64,000 nt of DNA from a virus, in the IMG/VR virus record IMGVR_UViG_3300010376_000004; one strand, written 5' to 3'. The translations under genes were made by a program, and so were the position numbers. The notes beneath the pieces were generated by a model that did no database searches, was not told the DNA's origin, and was given only the letters and a program-made list of their open reading frames with translations. Positions 37,440 to 45,926 of the stretch are shown here, one piece after another; positions within the stretch are counted from its first letter, which is position 1, and each line of letters opens with the position of its first letter.

Positions 37440-39832
37440 GGCTCATCCTTCATCCGGCGTTCGACCAGCTCGGTCAGTCTTCTGATCTGCTCGGCCAATG
37501 CATCCATCCGGTCGCCGACGACGCGACCGCCCATCCATCGCGGCACCGGCTGCGGCGGATGCAAGGCCTCGTGAACGTTCAAGGCATGCTCGGCGATGTC
37601 GCGCACCCGGTCGTGAGCAAACTGCGCACGATCCATCATCTGATCATGCACGGCGCCGCCGCGATCGTGCGCAAGGTTGGCGAGGTCCATCCGACGATCG
37701 TGGATATCCTGGCTCTGATCGTGAGCCTGCTGCATGGCATCGAGATGCGCCTGCCGGGCGCTGTCGAGGTTATCACGTGCAGTATCGCGCTGGTGGATAA
37801 CCATCTCACGCGCTAGTTCCGCGCTGGCGATGTCACGCTGCGTCTGCAGCTTGTTCTGGCCCAAGGCCACCTGCTGCTGACCCAGTTGCGCCTTGGTATT
37901 GGCTTCCGCCGCATCGGTCTGCGCCTGCAGCATCTTAGCTTGACCGACCAGTGGATCGGGACCGGGCCGCCCTTGCGCCATCATCGCCGGGTCCATCGGT
38001 GGCGGATCTTGGACCAAACCATTGGGATCGACCCGGATGACGCGCATGATCCGCATCACCAGCTCTTTCAAATTGAAAAATGGCGTGAAGATCGGGTTGG
38101 CAGCGAACTGCACCAAACCCAGAGCCACGGCAATGCGATGGATGTGACTTGGCGTATTCGGGTCCGACCTTGGCCGCAGACGGCACGAACTTAAGGCCTG
38201 CAGAAACTTCTGCTCGTCCCAGAAACCAGTTGGGCAGATCTTATTGCGTTCCCAGAAAGTGGTCGGGTTCTCGCGAAACAGATCAGCCAACAAGTCAAGT
38301 TCTTCGGCCTGGGCCTGATGCATGCCTTTATGCGAGGCGGAAATGACTTTCGTCGCCTGCTCGATATTGGCGAGCATCGTTCCGACCGGTACGTTCTGGA
38401 TGCCCTCGCCGGCCGGCAAGTCAGCAACACCGCCGACCTCCTTGGCTTGGTTGGTCACCTTATCCATGAGCTGAAGAAGGCCCGGCGTGACATCACGGTA
38501 TGGCAGCGGAGCAACAACGTGGTTAATCGGCAGACCGCCAGTTTCCACAGGCGCAAAGGTGCCGGGAGACAACCGCATGTCGGACGTGTTTTGCCGGCCG
38601 CCGATCTTGGCGATCGTACCTGAGGGAAAGTTGGCGTACATGCCCGCGTCAAGTGCTTCACGCCATGCCGCCGTCATCGCCATCGAGCAATTGCCGACGA
38701 TACCGATCATGCCGGTGCCGTAAAAACCGGGACCGGGCACATACGGATAGCGCACATACATGCGCTTACGCTCGCACTGCTCGTCGTCCTCGCGCCAATT
38801 GCGCCGCACCGCCAGGATGGCGCGGGTGTCCTTCTCCAGCGTGACGATGTAGGGAAGCCGCACCCCAGTATTCTTGAACTTGGCCGGCGTGAACTCTGGC
38901 AGATCAAGTTCACACTGGCTCTCCCAGACTGTATAGGGCTGGTCTTCCGGACGGGTCGAGCGCTGCGTGCCCTGGATCTCACCGATCTTGCCTTCGATCG
39001 GCTCAACGAGATGAAACGGTTGCGTCAATGGCGTATCACGATAGGCGCCGATCTCCACCATCCGCTTGAGGTCGCTCGGACGCATCGGGATCTGGTGCGT
39101 GATCCGCTCGCACGACCTCAAGTCGCGGATGGTGTCGGACACGATCAGATCCTGCGCGTCGACACTTTCCGACACTGGCCGGCGCCGGCGCGGACAATAA
39201 TAGATCTTCTTGAAGCCAGAACCTTTGAAGTGCACGCCCCATAGCAGCATATGCGACGTGTCGGGGTAATACTCGCTCGCCGTCTCGGTCAGGTAATAGT
39301 TGAAGTCGCGCTCGAGCGCTTCGGCGAGGTCATCATCCACCACCGAAGCCTCGCCCATCCCGGTGTCGACCTTGACCGGCCCTTCCGCGGGCAACAGTTC
39401 GCCCTGCGAGTTGGCCCAGGACTTCAGGCAGGCTTCCAACAGCAACGGGTTGGTGACTTGGCTCTGGCCCTCAACCGCGGCCGAACTGTCGCCTGCAGTG
39501 ACGCGCGGCTCTTTCATATCCAGACCGAGAAAGTCCATTGCCCGGCGCACGATCTCCAGATAACCCTTGCGGCTGCGATCGTCGGCCTCGATGGCCTCGA
39601 ACAGTTCATTGGCCAGCTTGCCCAGCGCAGCCGCATCGAGCAGCCCGGCAAGGTTCTCGTCAAAACCGTGATCGCCTTCGGCGCGCTTGACGGCATTGAA
39701 GGAAATGACCACGCCGCCATCGGGCTGGTCACGCTCGACCGTGCCGGTCGCCGGATCAACGCGAACGCTATTGCTGTCCTCGTCAACGCGCACGGTGACG
39801 CCAGATACGGCTGCGCCCAAACCATCAGCCAT
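37436..39832 (-). CDS. Portal protein
   Basis: 798 aa; FDENLA...EAIEADDRSR, LPAEGPVK, GSGFKKIYY, GFYGTG pattern; near terL. Confidence 0.85.
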   Translation of the reverse strand: MADGLGAAVSGVTVRVDEDSNSVRVDPATGTVERDQPDGGVVISFNAVKRAEGDHGFDENLAGLLDAAALGKLANELFEAIEADDRSRKGYLEIVRRAMDFLGLDMKEPRVTAGDSSAAVEGQSQVTNPLLLEACLKSWANSQGELLPAEGPVKVDTGMGEASVVDDDLAEALERDFNYYLTETASEYYPDTSHMLLWGVHFKGSGFKKIYYCPRRRRPVSESVDAQDLIVSDTIRDLRSCERITHQIPMRPSDLKRMVEIGAYRDTPLTQPFHLVEPIEGKIGEIQGTQRSTRPEDQPYTVWESQCELDLPEFTPAKFKNTGVRLPYIVTLEKDTRAILAVRRNWREDDEQCERKRMYVRYPYVPGPGFYGTGMIGIVGNCSMAMTAAWREALDAGMYANFPSGTIAKIGGRQNTSDMRLSPGTFAPVETGGLPINHVVAPLPYRDVTPGLLQLMDKVTNQAKEVGGVADLPAGEGIQNVPVGTMLANIEQATKVISASHKGMHQAQAEELDLLADLFRENPTTFWERNKICPTGFWDEQKFLQALSSCRLRPRSDPNTPSHIHRIAVALGLVQFAANPIFTPFFNLKELVMRIMRVIRVDPNGLVQDPPPMDPAMMAQGRPGPDPLVGQAKMLQAQTDAAEANTKAQLGQQQVALGQNKLQTQRDIASAELAREMVIHQRDTARDNLDSARQAHLDAMQQAHDQSQDIHDRRMDLANLAHDRGGAVHDQMMDRAQFAHDRVRDIAEHALNVHEALHPPQPVPRWMGGRVVGDRMDALAEQIRRLTELVERRMKDEP

Positions 39833-40083
39833 CAGGCACTATCCTTGGGAAAATATTTGATCTCTTCAGAAACCCTGTCTTGGATCTTGCGGCCGCGCTC
39901 GCGCCGGGCCTCCTCGCGCAATTCGGCAAACGAGAATACCCTGATAGTGCCGCCGCGCAGCCGCTCGATCTCGTCAATGATCAATTGCACCTCGAGCTGG
40001 CTGAGAATATAGGACCGGCCTTCGTCACCAGCGGCAAGAAACCGCTTGAGGTTCTCCAACAATTGCTGTGTGGCTTCATTCAT
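39832..40083 (-). CDS. Hypothetical protein
   Basis: TGATG coupling to the portal gene. Confidence 0.5.
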   Translation of the reverse strand: MNEATQQLLENLKRFLAAGDEGRSYILSQLEVQLIIDEIERLRGGTIRVFSFAELREEARRERGRKIQDRVSEEIKYFPKDSA

Positions 40084-40328
40084 AGTTTGATCAGTGGCTT
40101 TTCCAGACTATCCAAGATGCGACGCTTCAGACTGTCGAGGCCCAAGTTCAGCTCGGCAGCATTGGTACCGCCAATGACCGCGCCATAACCCTTCGACATG
40201 CACACCACAATGCCGACCGTGTGGACATTGCCGCGCTCGGCTTCCTCCAGAGCCTCGCGCAGCTTGTCCACACAGTCCTTCTGCCCGTCCGTCAAGGAAA
40301 CGGGAAACACGATCTTGGGATTGGCCAT
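40080..40328 (-). CDS. Hypothetical protein
   Basis: 82-aa ORF, ATGA coupling. Confidence 0.55.
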   Translation of the reverse strand: MANPKIVFPVSLTDGQKDCVDKLREALEEAERGNVHTVGIVVCMSKGYGAVIGGTNAAELNLGLDSLKRRILDSLEKPLIKL

Positions 40329-40329
40329 A

Positions 40330-40737
40330 TCAGCTCGCGATGGCTAGACGCTTGGCCTTCTCGATCTCTTCTGCCGTATTGAGCGCCGGCAGTTGCAATA
40401 CCATCGCATACTGTCCCTGGCTCAAGCCGGTAAGCAGCATCACCTGACCGTCAGGAAATTCCAGCGCATCGTGATGGCGGTGCGGCTCGTTCTTGTTGAT
40501 CTGACGGAAGATCGCAACCTTATGTTTGGTATTGACGGCGAAACCGAAAAAGTTGTTGCCTCCGGCGCGAACCGGTTCATCAAACGCGATCTCGGTGCCG
40601 GGCAGCACGCAAACCGCTACGTCCTTGTCATCCAAACCCACAAAGCCGGATGTACCGGTGCCGAAGCTTTTGGTGATCAGATGTTCGCCAACCTTGGCTG
40701 GGCGAGAAGCAACATTCTGAAGACTGTAGTCGCACAT
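40330..40737 (-). CDS. Conserved hypothetical of a family I associate with Bradyrhizobium-like bacteria
   Basis: MCDYSL..VASRPAKVGE.L...AVC.LPGTE.AF...HHDA.EFPDG...VLQLP; GGAGG RBS. Confidence 0.7.
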   Translation of the reverse strand: MCDYSLQNVASRPAKVGEHLITKSFGTGTSGFVGLDDKDVAVCVLPGTEIAFDEPVRAGGNNFFGFAVNTKHKVAIFRQINKNEPHRHHDALEFPDGQVMLLTGLSQGQYAMVLQLPALNTAEEIEKAKRLAIAS

Positions 40738-40806
40738 CGTGAACCTCCGTTTTCCCCACCCGGCGGTTCAGCGTCCTCTATATCACTTCTTATTTTCCGG
40801 CGGTAG

Positions 40807-42552
40807 TTACACCGGGTATAACGCCTTCACTCTTGGCGGCATACGTCCACGCTCGCGCTCGTCATGATGCCGTTCTTCATCGGACAACAATAGCCCGGCA
40901 TCACGCGCAAAGCGCAACGCTTGCGTCATCGAGTCGACAAGATCGTCATGCCGATCGTAGGGAAACTTGGCCGCTTGCCGGATCACCAGTTCTGACCAGT
41001 CATATTTCGGTGCCCAGACCAGACCATTGGAGAACACCGGCTGGATGGCAAGCGCACGCGCCACCTTGTCGCCCTTGGTCTTGACCACCTGCACGCCGAA
41101 TTCGTGAATGCCGTAGCGGTTGCGCAACTCCTGCGCCGCGGAGTGGCCAGGGCCCTTGTCCTCGATCAAAAGCCGGTCGACCTTGAACGGACGCCCATAG
41201 AGCCACGTACAGCTGTCATAGACCCATTCCATCAAGCCCCAGTCCTTCAAGGTGCGCTGCCGCCACGCCTGATAGGTTTCATTCGCGGTGCGATCGATGC
41301 GCTTGGTCGAGAACTGCAGATGCTTAGCCCAGGCGCCGACCAGCATGATGCCGCGGCGGCCATCAGATAGATCAAAGATGCCCCATACTGTCAGCCCACT
41401 CGGGTCATTGCTCTCCTTCTCGGTGAAGGCACCATCGAGACTGGCGATGGTGTACGAGAACTCCGGAAATGTCTTAGAGGGCGGATCGTATAGTCCCCAC
41501 CATTCCGGCTGAAAAATGCCCTTGCCGCGCGGCACCGGACTTTGCTCGAATTGGCTGGCCCAGGCATAAGGACCAAGCTCCGATCTGGTGCGCGCCATCG
41601 CTTCGGCAGAGAACCGGTCAAGCCATGCCGGCTCGCCGGCATTGCCATCCAAATCGCCCGGATCAGCCCGCGGATCAACCCAGCCGATCTGGTTCTCGAT
41701 CAGAATGCCGCTATCATCAAAGGCCCGGCCAGGATCAAACTCCCACGGGATCATCAGATGGCAATAGTCAAAGTCATCACCAAGGGCGACACCGGAGACG
41801 TCATCTTCGTGCAGACGCTGCATGACGATGACGATGGCGCCATCATCGAGATTATTAAGGCGGCTGGATACGCTTTCGCGAAACCAGCGGACAGCTTTGG
41901 CGCGTTCGATATCGGATTCAGCTTCAAGCATATTATGCGGGTCATCTATTATGACCCGATCGCCTCTCTCGCCCAACGTGACGCCGCCAACCGATGACGC
42001 CAATTTCCATCCGGTGTTCTGGTTCATCACTTTGATGATCTGCGTATTGCGCATCGCCACACCATTGGCGCTCTTGGCCTTGGCACCCCATTGCGCCGAC
42101 GTCTCGATGCCATAGAGCTGCTGATATTTGGGCGAGACAAGCAAGATGCGAAACCGGTCATTGTCGCGCATCGTCAAGAGCTGCGAATAGGAGAACGTCA
42201 CATAGCGATAATGGCTCAAGCCCATCGGCCCCCACTCCCAGGCCGGCCAGAACACATCCGTCAGCAAACTCTTCATGGCACCTGGAAAGATATTGATGAG
42301 AAGCCGCTTGATCTCGCCTCTGGTGACCGCCTCGAGATGCTCGCACATCGCCCACAACGGCCAACCATCGACAAAGGCCGTTTCCGGCTCGAGCACGTTC
42401 CAGAAATAGCGCACGAAGCAGATCAATCCGCCCTGGCGCACGCCCTCATCATCATACCAGCCATAACGGCTCTGATCATGCCGCGCCTGCCGGCGATCGG
42501 CTTCAGCCTTACGGTTGAGCAGACCAGCATATTGCTTCTGGCTGACATTCAC
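40807..42552 (-). CDS. terL: Terminase large subunit
   Basis: LLINIFPGAMKS (Walker A-like), VIIDDPH (Walker B), VMQRLHEDD, nuclease domain ASLDGAF...HDDLVDSMTQAL. Confidence 0.93.
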   Translation of the reverse strand: MNVSQKQYAGLLNRKAEADRRQARHDQSRYGWYDDEGVRQGGLICFVRYFWNVLEPETAFVDGWPLWAMCEHLEAVTRGEIKRLLINIFPGAMKSLLTDVFWPAWEWGPMGLSHYRYVTFSYSQLLTMRDNDRFRILLVSPKYQQLYGIETSAQWGAKAKSANGVAMRNTQIIKVMNQNTGWKLASSVGGVTLGERGDRVIIDDPHNMLEAESDIERAKAVRWFRESVSSRLNNLDDGAIVIVMQRLHEDDVSGVALGDDFDYCHLMIPWEFDPGRAFDDSGILIENQIGWVDPRADPGDLDGNAGEPAWLDRFSAEAMARTRSELGPYAWASQFEQSPVPRGKGIFQPEWWGLYDPPSKTFPEFSYTIASLDGAFTEKESNDPSGLTVWGIFDLSDGRRGIMLVGAWAKHLQFSTKRIDRTANETYQAWRQRTLKDWGLMEWVYDSCTWLYGRPFKVDRLLIEDKGPGHSAAQELRNRYGIHEFGVQVVKTKGDKVARALAIQPVFSNGLVWAPKYDWSELVIRQAAKFPYDRHDDLVDSMTQALRFARDAGLLLSDEERHHDERERGRMPPRVKALYPV

Positions 42553-42555
42553 TCC

Positions 42556-42780
42556 TTAATGCCTTCTAATGCGTTCTAATGCGCGGCGGGCTATGATCTT
42601 GGCATCCTCGGCGTGATGACCGTTCGAAATCCGCTCCAGCGCCGTCCGCAGCCAGTCCCGCTCTGCCTGTATGGCCTCTAAGTTGTCAGCCAACTCCAGC
42701 AAATCGCGCAGCTTGGCGTTCTCGGCGGTGAGTGTTTTTACCAAGTCAACCGCGTCATGCCACTCATCTTCCCTGGCCAT
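42556..42780 (-). CDS. Small accessory protein, family Y
   Basis: AENAKLR...NGHHAEDAKIIARRALE. Confidence 0.6.
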   Translation of the reverse strand: MAREDEWHDAVDLVKTLTAENAKLRDLLELADNLEAIQAERDWLRTALERISNGHHAEDAKIIARRALERIRRH

Positions 42781-42782
42781 CC

Positions 42783-42953
42783 CTATTCCTCCAATGCTCG
42801 GCGGGCCGCTATTTGGTGCGGGAATGGATCGTCCTCGTCATATTGCATTTCGGCTATAGTTTCCAACGCCGCCCGCAGCTTGGCGTTCTCGGCCTTGAGT
42901 GGTCCGAGTTCTGCAAGATAATCTGTGTATCCCGACCCTGCTGGTATTCCCAT
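42783..42953 (-). CDS. Small accessory protein, family Y (start moved to ATG 42953)
   Basis: KAENAKLRAALE...AARRALEE. Confidence 0.6.
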   Translation of the reverse strand: MGIPAGSGYTDYLAELGPLKAENAKLRAALETIAEMQYDEDDPFPHQIAARRALEE

Positions 42954-42955
42954 TT

Positions 42956-43171
42956 CTATCCCTCCAATGCCGCGTCGATCATTTTTTGCCAATCTTCCAA
43001 TACGCCGGCTAAACCAAGCGCGCCGCCTTCAATGGGCAACAGCATTGCCAGAGTTGGCTCGCGCATCGCAGAAATGGCGGCGCGGGCCATTCTCTCATAT
43101 GAGTCAGATGTGCACGGCTCATAGGATGCGACCGCCTCAAGAGCTAGTGCCACGCGCTCGATCATGGTCAT
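42956..43171 (-). CDS. Small accessory protein, family X
   Basis: MIERVA...MARAAISAMREPT...WQKMIDAALE. Confidence 0.65.
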   Translation of the reverse strand: MTMIERVALALEAVASYEPCTSDSYERMARAAISAMREPTLAMLLPIEGGALGLAGVLEDWQKMIDAALEG

Positions 43172-43320
43172 TTGTCCTCCAATGCGCGGCGGGCTACAAT
43201 CTTAGCCTCTTCCGCATGGTGCCCGTTTGCTATTCGTGCCAGCGCCGCCCGCAGCTTGGCGTTTTCGGCCAGCGCGTCATTCAACTCGGCCGCTTCTACG
43301 AAACTCGTTCGCCGTTCCAT
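43168..43320 (-). CDS. Small accessory protein, family Y (50 aa; not in the ORF track)
   Basis: Manual translation MERRTSFVEAAELNDALAENAKLRAALARIANGHHAEEAKIVARRALEDK. Confidence 0.6.
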   Translation of the reverse strand: MERRTSFVEAAELNDALAENAKLRAALARIANGHHAEEAKIVARRALEDK

Positions 43321-43322
43321 CC

Positions 43323-43538
43323 CTATTCCTCCAATGCGGCGTCAATCATGGCCTGCCAGTTATGGCTAAATTCAAAACAGGCGTCATAGGCGGAAAGCAT
43401 TTCCTCAGACGGCTCGCGCATCGCCGCAATGGCGGTGCGCGCCATTCGTTCCATCTTGGCCGCTATAGCGACATCGGCTGGCCCATACTCCTCACCAAAA
43501 GCCGCGATAGCCAATGCCCGCGCTACGCGCTCGATCAT
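43323..43538 (-). CDS. Small accessory protein, family X
   Basis: MIERVARA...MARTAIAAMREPSEEM...WQAMIDAALEE. Confidence 0.65.
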   Translation of the reverse strand: MIERVARALAIAAFGEEYGPADVAIAAKMERMARTAIAAMREPSEEMLSAYDACFEFSHNWQAMIDAALEE

Positions 43539-43690
43539 GTCGGACGTGGAAGCACCACGTAGCTGTACATCGTTGATCCGGTAATGTGCATGTTGCTATC
43601 CGTCGTGTGGTAAAGCAGACACGGCGTATCGGCGAACCAAAACCACATCATTTCCCCACACGGCATATCGGTGAACCAAAACCACATCAT
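43535..43690 (-). CDS. 51-aa micro-ORF containing a 39-nt tandem duplication
   Basis: MMWFWFTDMPCGE-MMWFWFADTPCLL; ATGA overlaps at both ends. Confidence 0.45.
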   Translation of the reverse strand: MMWFWFTDMPCGEMMWFWFADTPCLLYHTTDSNMHITGSTMYSYVVLPRPT

Positions 43691-43896
43691 TTCCCCTCCA
43701 AGGCGGCGTCGATCATGGCTTGCCAGTGTTCGATGGCGTAGTGACCATGATAACTACGACATGCCGTTATCATCTCCTCAGACGGCTCCCGCATCGCCGC
43801 AATGGCGGCGCGGGCTACTTTCTCATAAAAGGCTTGGTGTGCGGTGCCGATCATCTGTTCCTTGATTGCCGCCGCCACGCGCTCGATCATACTCAT
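43687..43896 (-). CDS. Small accessory protein, family X (start moved to ATG 43896)
   Basis: MSMIERVAAA...ARAAIAAMREPSEEM...WQAMIDAALE. Confidence 0.65.
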   Translation of the reverse strand: MSMIERVAAAIKEQMIGTAHQAFYEKVARAAIAAMREPSEEMITACRSYHGHYAIEHWQAMIDAALEGK

Positions 43897-44102
43897 TCCC
43901 CCTCGCCATCCTCGCCCCCCATCACCCGGCGCGCAACATCCCACGGCTTGGCCTTGCCCCACACCTCAACCAAGATCCAGTCGGCAACCATCACCGCGGA
44001 AACCACCTCAGCCCTAACCTCGCTCTCGTCCCGCAATAGCGGCCGACCCGACAATAAAATCGCCGCCATCAGCGCTACACGATCCTCGCGTAACCACGCC
44101 AT
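43893..44102 (-). CDS. Hypothetical protein (start moved to ATG 44102)
   Basis: MAWLREDRVALMAAILL; ATGA coupling. Confidence 0.5.
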   Translation of the reverse strand: MAWLREDRVALMAAILLSGRPLLRDESEVRAEVVSAVMVADWILVEVWGKAKPWDVARRVMGGEDGEGE

Positions 44103-44274
44103 CTCATCCCCCACATCCCTTGGTCCACTGCCTGATCTGGCGCCGCTCCCGTACCTGCTGCCAGTCCTCAACAGCAGTGAAAGTCAACTGCACAAAAACA
44201 TAAATTCCAATAGGCCCAAAATACCACCAACACCCAGTGCGGAACCTGACCCCATAACCACCAAACCCACCCCA

Positions 44275-44511
44275 TCACTCACCCTCCCGCTTGACCCTCG
44301 CCCGACGACGTTCCCAAGTCCGTCGCGACATCCCCACCTTCTCCCACGGTCTTAACGCCGTAAAAGTCCGTCCGCGCTCCTCAATAAGCGGCCGCCCAGG
44401 CCGGCGACCACTGCCCTCCACTCCAGACCTTGGCTCAATCAGACTGCACTTCGGACATGCATCTTCCCTCCGTAGCCGCGGCGTGCCGCAATAAGCACAT
44501 CGTGTAGACAT
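44275..44511 (-). CDS. Zn-ribbon plus small DNA-binding-like protein (start moved to ATG 44511)
   Basis: CAYC...CPKC; PWEKVGMSRRTWERR. Confidence 0.55.
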   Translation of the reverse strand: MSTRCAYCGTPRLRREDACPKCSLIEPRSGVEGSGRRPGRPLIEERGRTFTALRPWEKVGMSRRTWERRRARVKREGE

Positions 44512-45092
44512 GACGGTATATTGACTGGATATTGACGCAATTGTCAAAGGCCTAACCAAAAAAAAATTTGGTGGGGCTGAGGAGGGGGATTCGCGTTTTC
44601 AGTTCCAGTTTAGGGGGGTGCCGGGGGGTCGAGGTGTCGAGGTGCCATATATAATGTGCGGAACAGAACGGGAAAGCCCTATTAGATCAAACATTTAGCC
44701 CGCAGCGGCCGGCGAGCGCGCTAGCGCCACCGGGGACGCTCGTACTTACTAACCAACGACTAATGCGCGTAAGCCATTGATATCATTGGCCGCAGATCTG
44801 TCTGCCAATCAGAGCGCCAGCGGCATACAGGCAACCAGCGAGGTCAGCCAGCGCTCGGAAACCCACATAGAACGGGCTCGGGCGAGAGAACCTAGGGCGG
44901 CGCAAATGTTTAGAGCTGGTCAGATGGTTGGAGTGGCAAGGCCTAAGGTGACGGATGTGCATCGCCATAGACCGCGAAGGCCACGCGGGCATTGCGATCT
45001 TCCTTGATGGCGTTCAGATAGCCGTAGACTTCGATATTACGGTAGCCGTAAATTGTACGCATAATCGGCAGCTTAGCCTCGATCGACGGATA

Positions 45093-45164
45093 AGCCAGCG
45101 AAATGCAGTCAACCATAATCAGCAAGCGAGCCATGGGAATGCAGCCAACCAAGAAACACTAGGG
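45093..45164 (+). repeat. Orphan two-unit TIGR-like guide array
   Basis: AGCCA-gcgaaatgc-AGTCAACCA-taatcagca-AGCG followed by AGCCA-tgggaatgc-AGCCAACCA-agaaacact-AGGG; same 36-nt pattern as the 55.7-57.1 kb arrays. Confidence 0.6.
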
Positions 45165-45926
45165 TGCCCAGCACGCGAGCCAGCGGCATGACATCAGCCG
45201 TTTTTCCGTCAGGATGATGGCTTCGAGCAATGTGGCTTCTGCGCTGGAGTTTATCAGTGTTACGGGTTGTGGTGTGATGACATCGATGGTGTGGCTTGGC
45301 GACAGCTTGTCGTAGATGCGGGCAGCAACGCCAGTATCTTTGAAGTGATGGCATTCGATGATCAGGTCGGACTTGGCCAATAATGGCTTGATGTCATCGA
45401 CCAGCATTTCCTCGCCGCCTTCATTATCGATCACGAACAGGCATGGTTGCGTCAGCTTGAGCACGCAATTGGTTTCATCGCCATGCCAAGTTTCGAGCCG
45501 ATCGCTCACGTTATTAAGCTCGGCCATTTGCCGGCAATGGCGCAATGCATCCGTTGAGATATCGATGGCAACGGCTTTGGCCTTTGGCAAGCGTTTGGCC
45601 AGACCAATGGCGTAATAGCCCTCGCAGCATCCGACATTAATGATGCTATGCGGCTTGCGGAGAATTGCCTTCTCGATCGCGTCATGCAGTTCATGTTCGT
45701 AATAGCCGGTCAGTTTCAGGCACAAATTGCCGTCATGCCAATGCGAGTCAGATGCGAAGATCGTGCCTTTGAATGGGCCAGAGCCAATGCGCCTGTTCTT
45801 GGTGGCACGGAACAGCTTGTAGTCGAGATGCTCGATGTCCATGCGGATCGACTGGAACTGGGCATCGAGTTCGGCGCGGATCTGGACGTCATCGATGCGG
45901 CCGAAACCTTCCGCAGCATCGTTCAT
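45159..45926 (-). CDS. Class I SAM-dependent methyltransferase (FkbM-like)
   Basis: IINVGCCEGYYAIGLA...AIDIS...FVIDNEGGE...LIIECH. Confidence 0.75.
   Translation of the reverse strand: MNDAAEGFGRIDDVQIRAELDAQFQSIRMDIEHLDYKLFRATKNRRIGSGPFKGTIFASDSHWHDGNLCLKLTGYYEHELHDAIEKAILRKPHSIINVGCCEGYYAIGLAKRLPKAKAVAIDISTDALRHCRQMAELNNVSDRLETWHGDETNCVLKLTQPCLFVIDNEGGEEMLVDDIKPLLAKSDLIIECHHFKDTGVAARIYDKLSPSHTIDVITPQPVTLINSSAEATLLEAIILTEKRLMSCRWLACWAP

Noticed and set aside
45174-45200. Third TIGR-like unit after the orphan pair (GCGAGCCA...CATCAGCCG)
   Set aside because: Out of register by 5 nt, loop lacks AG...CCA, and it lies in the methyltransferase C-terminal coding sequence
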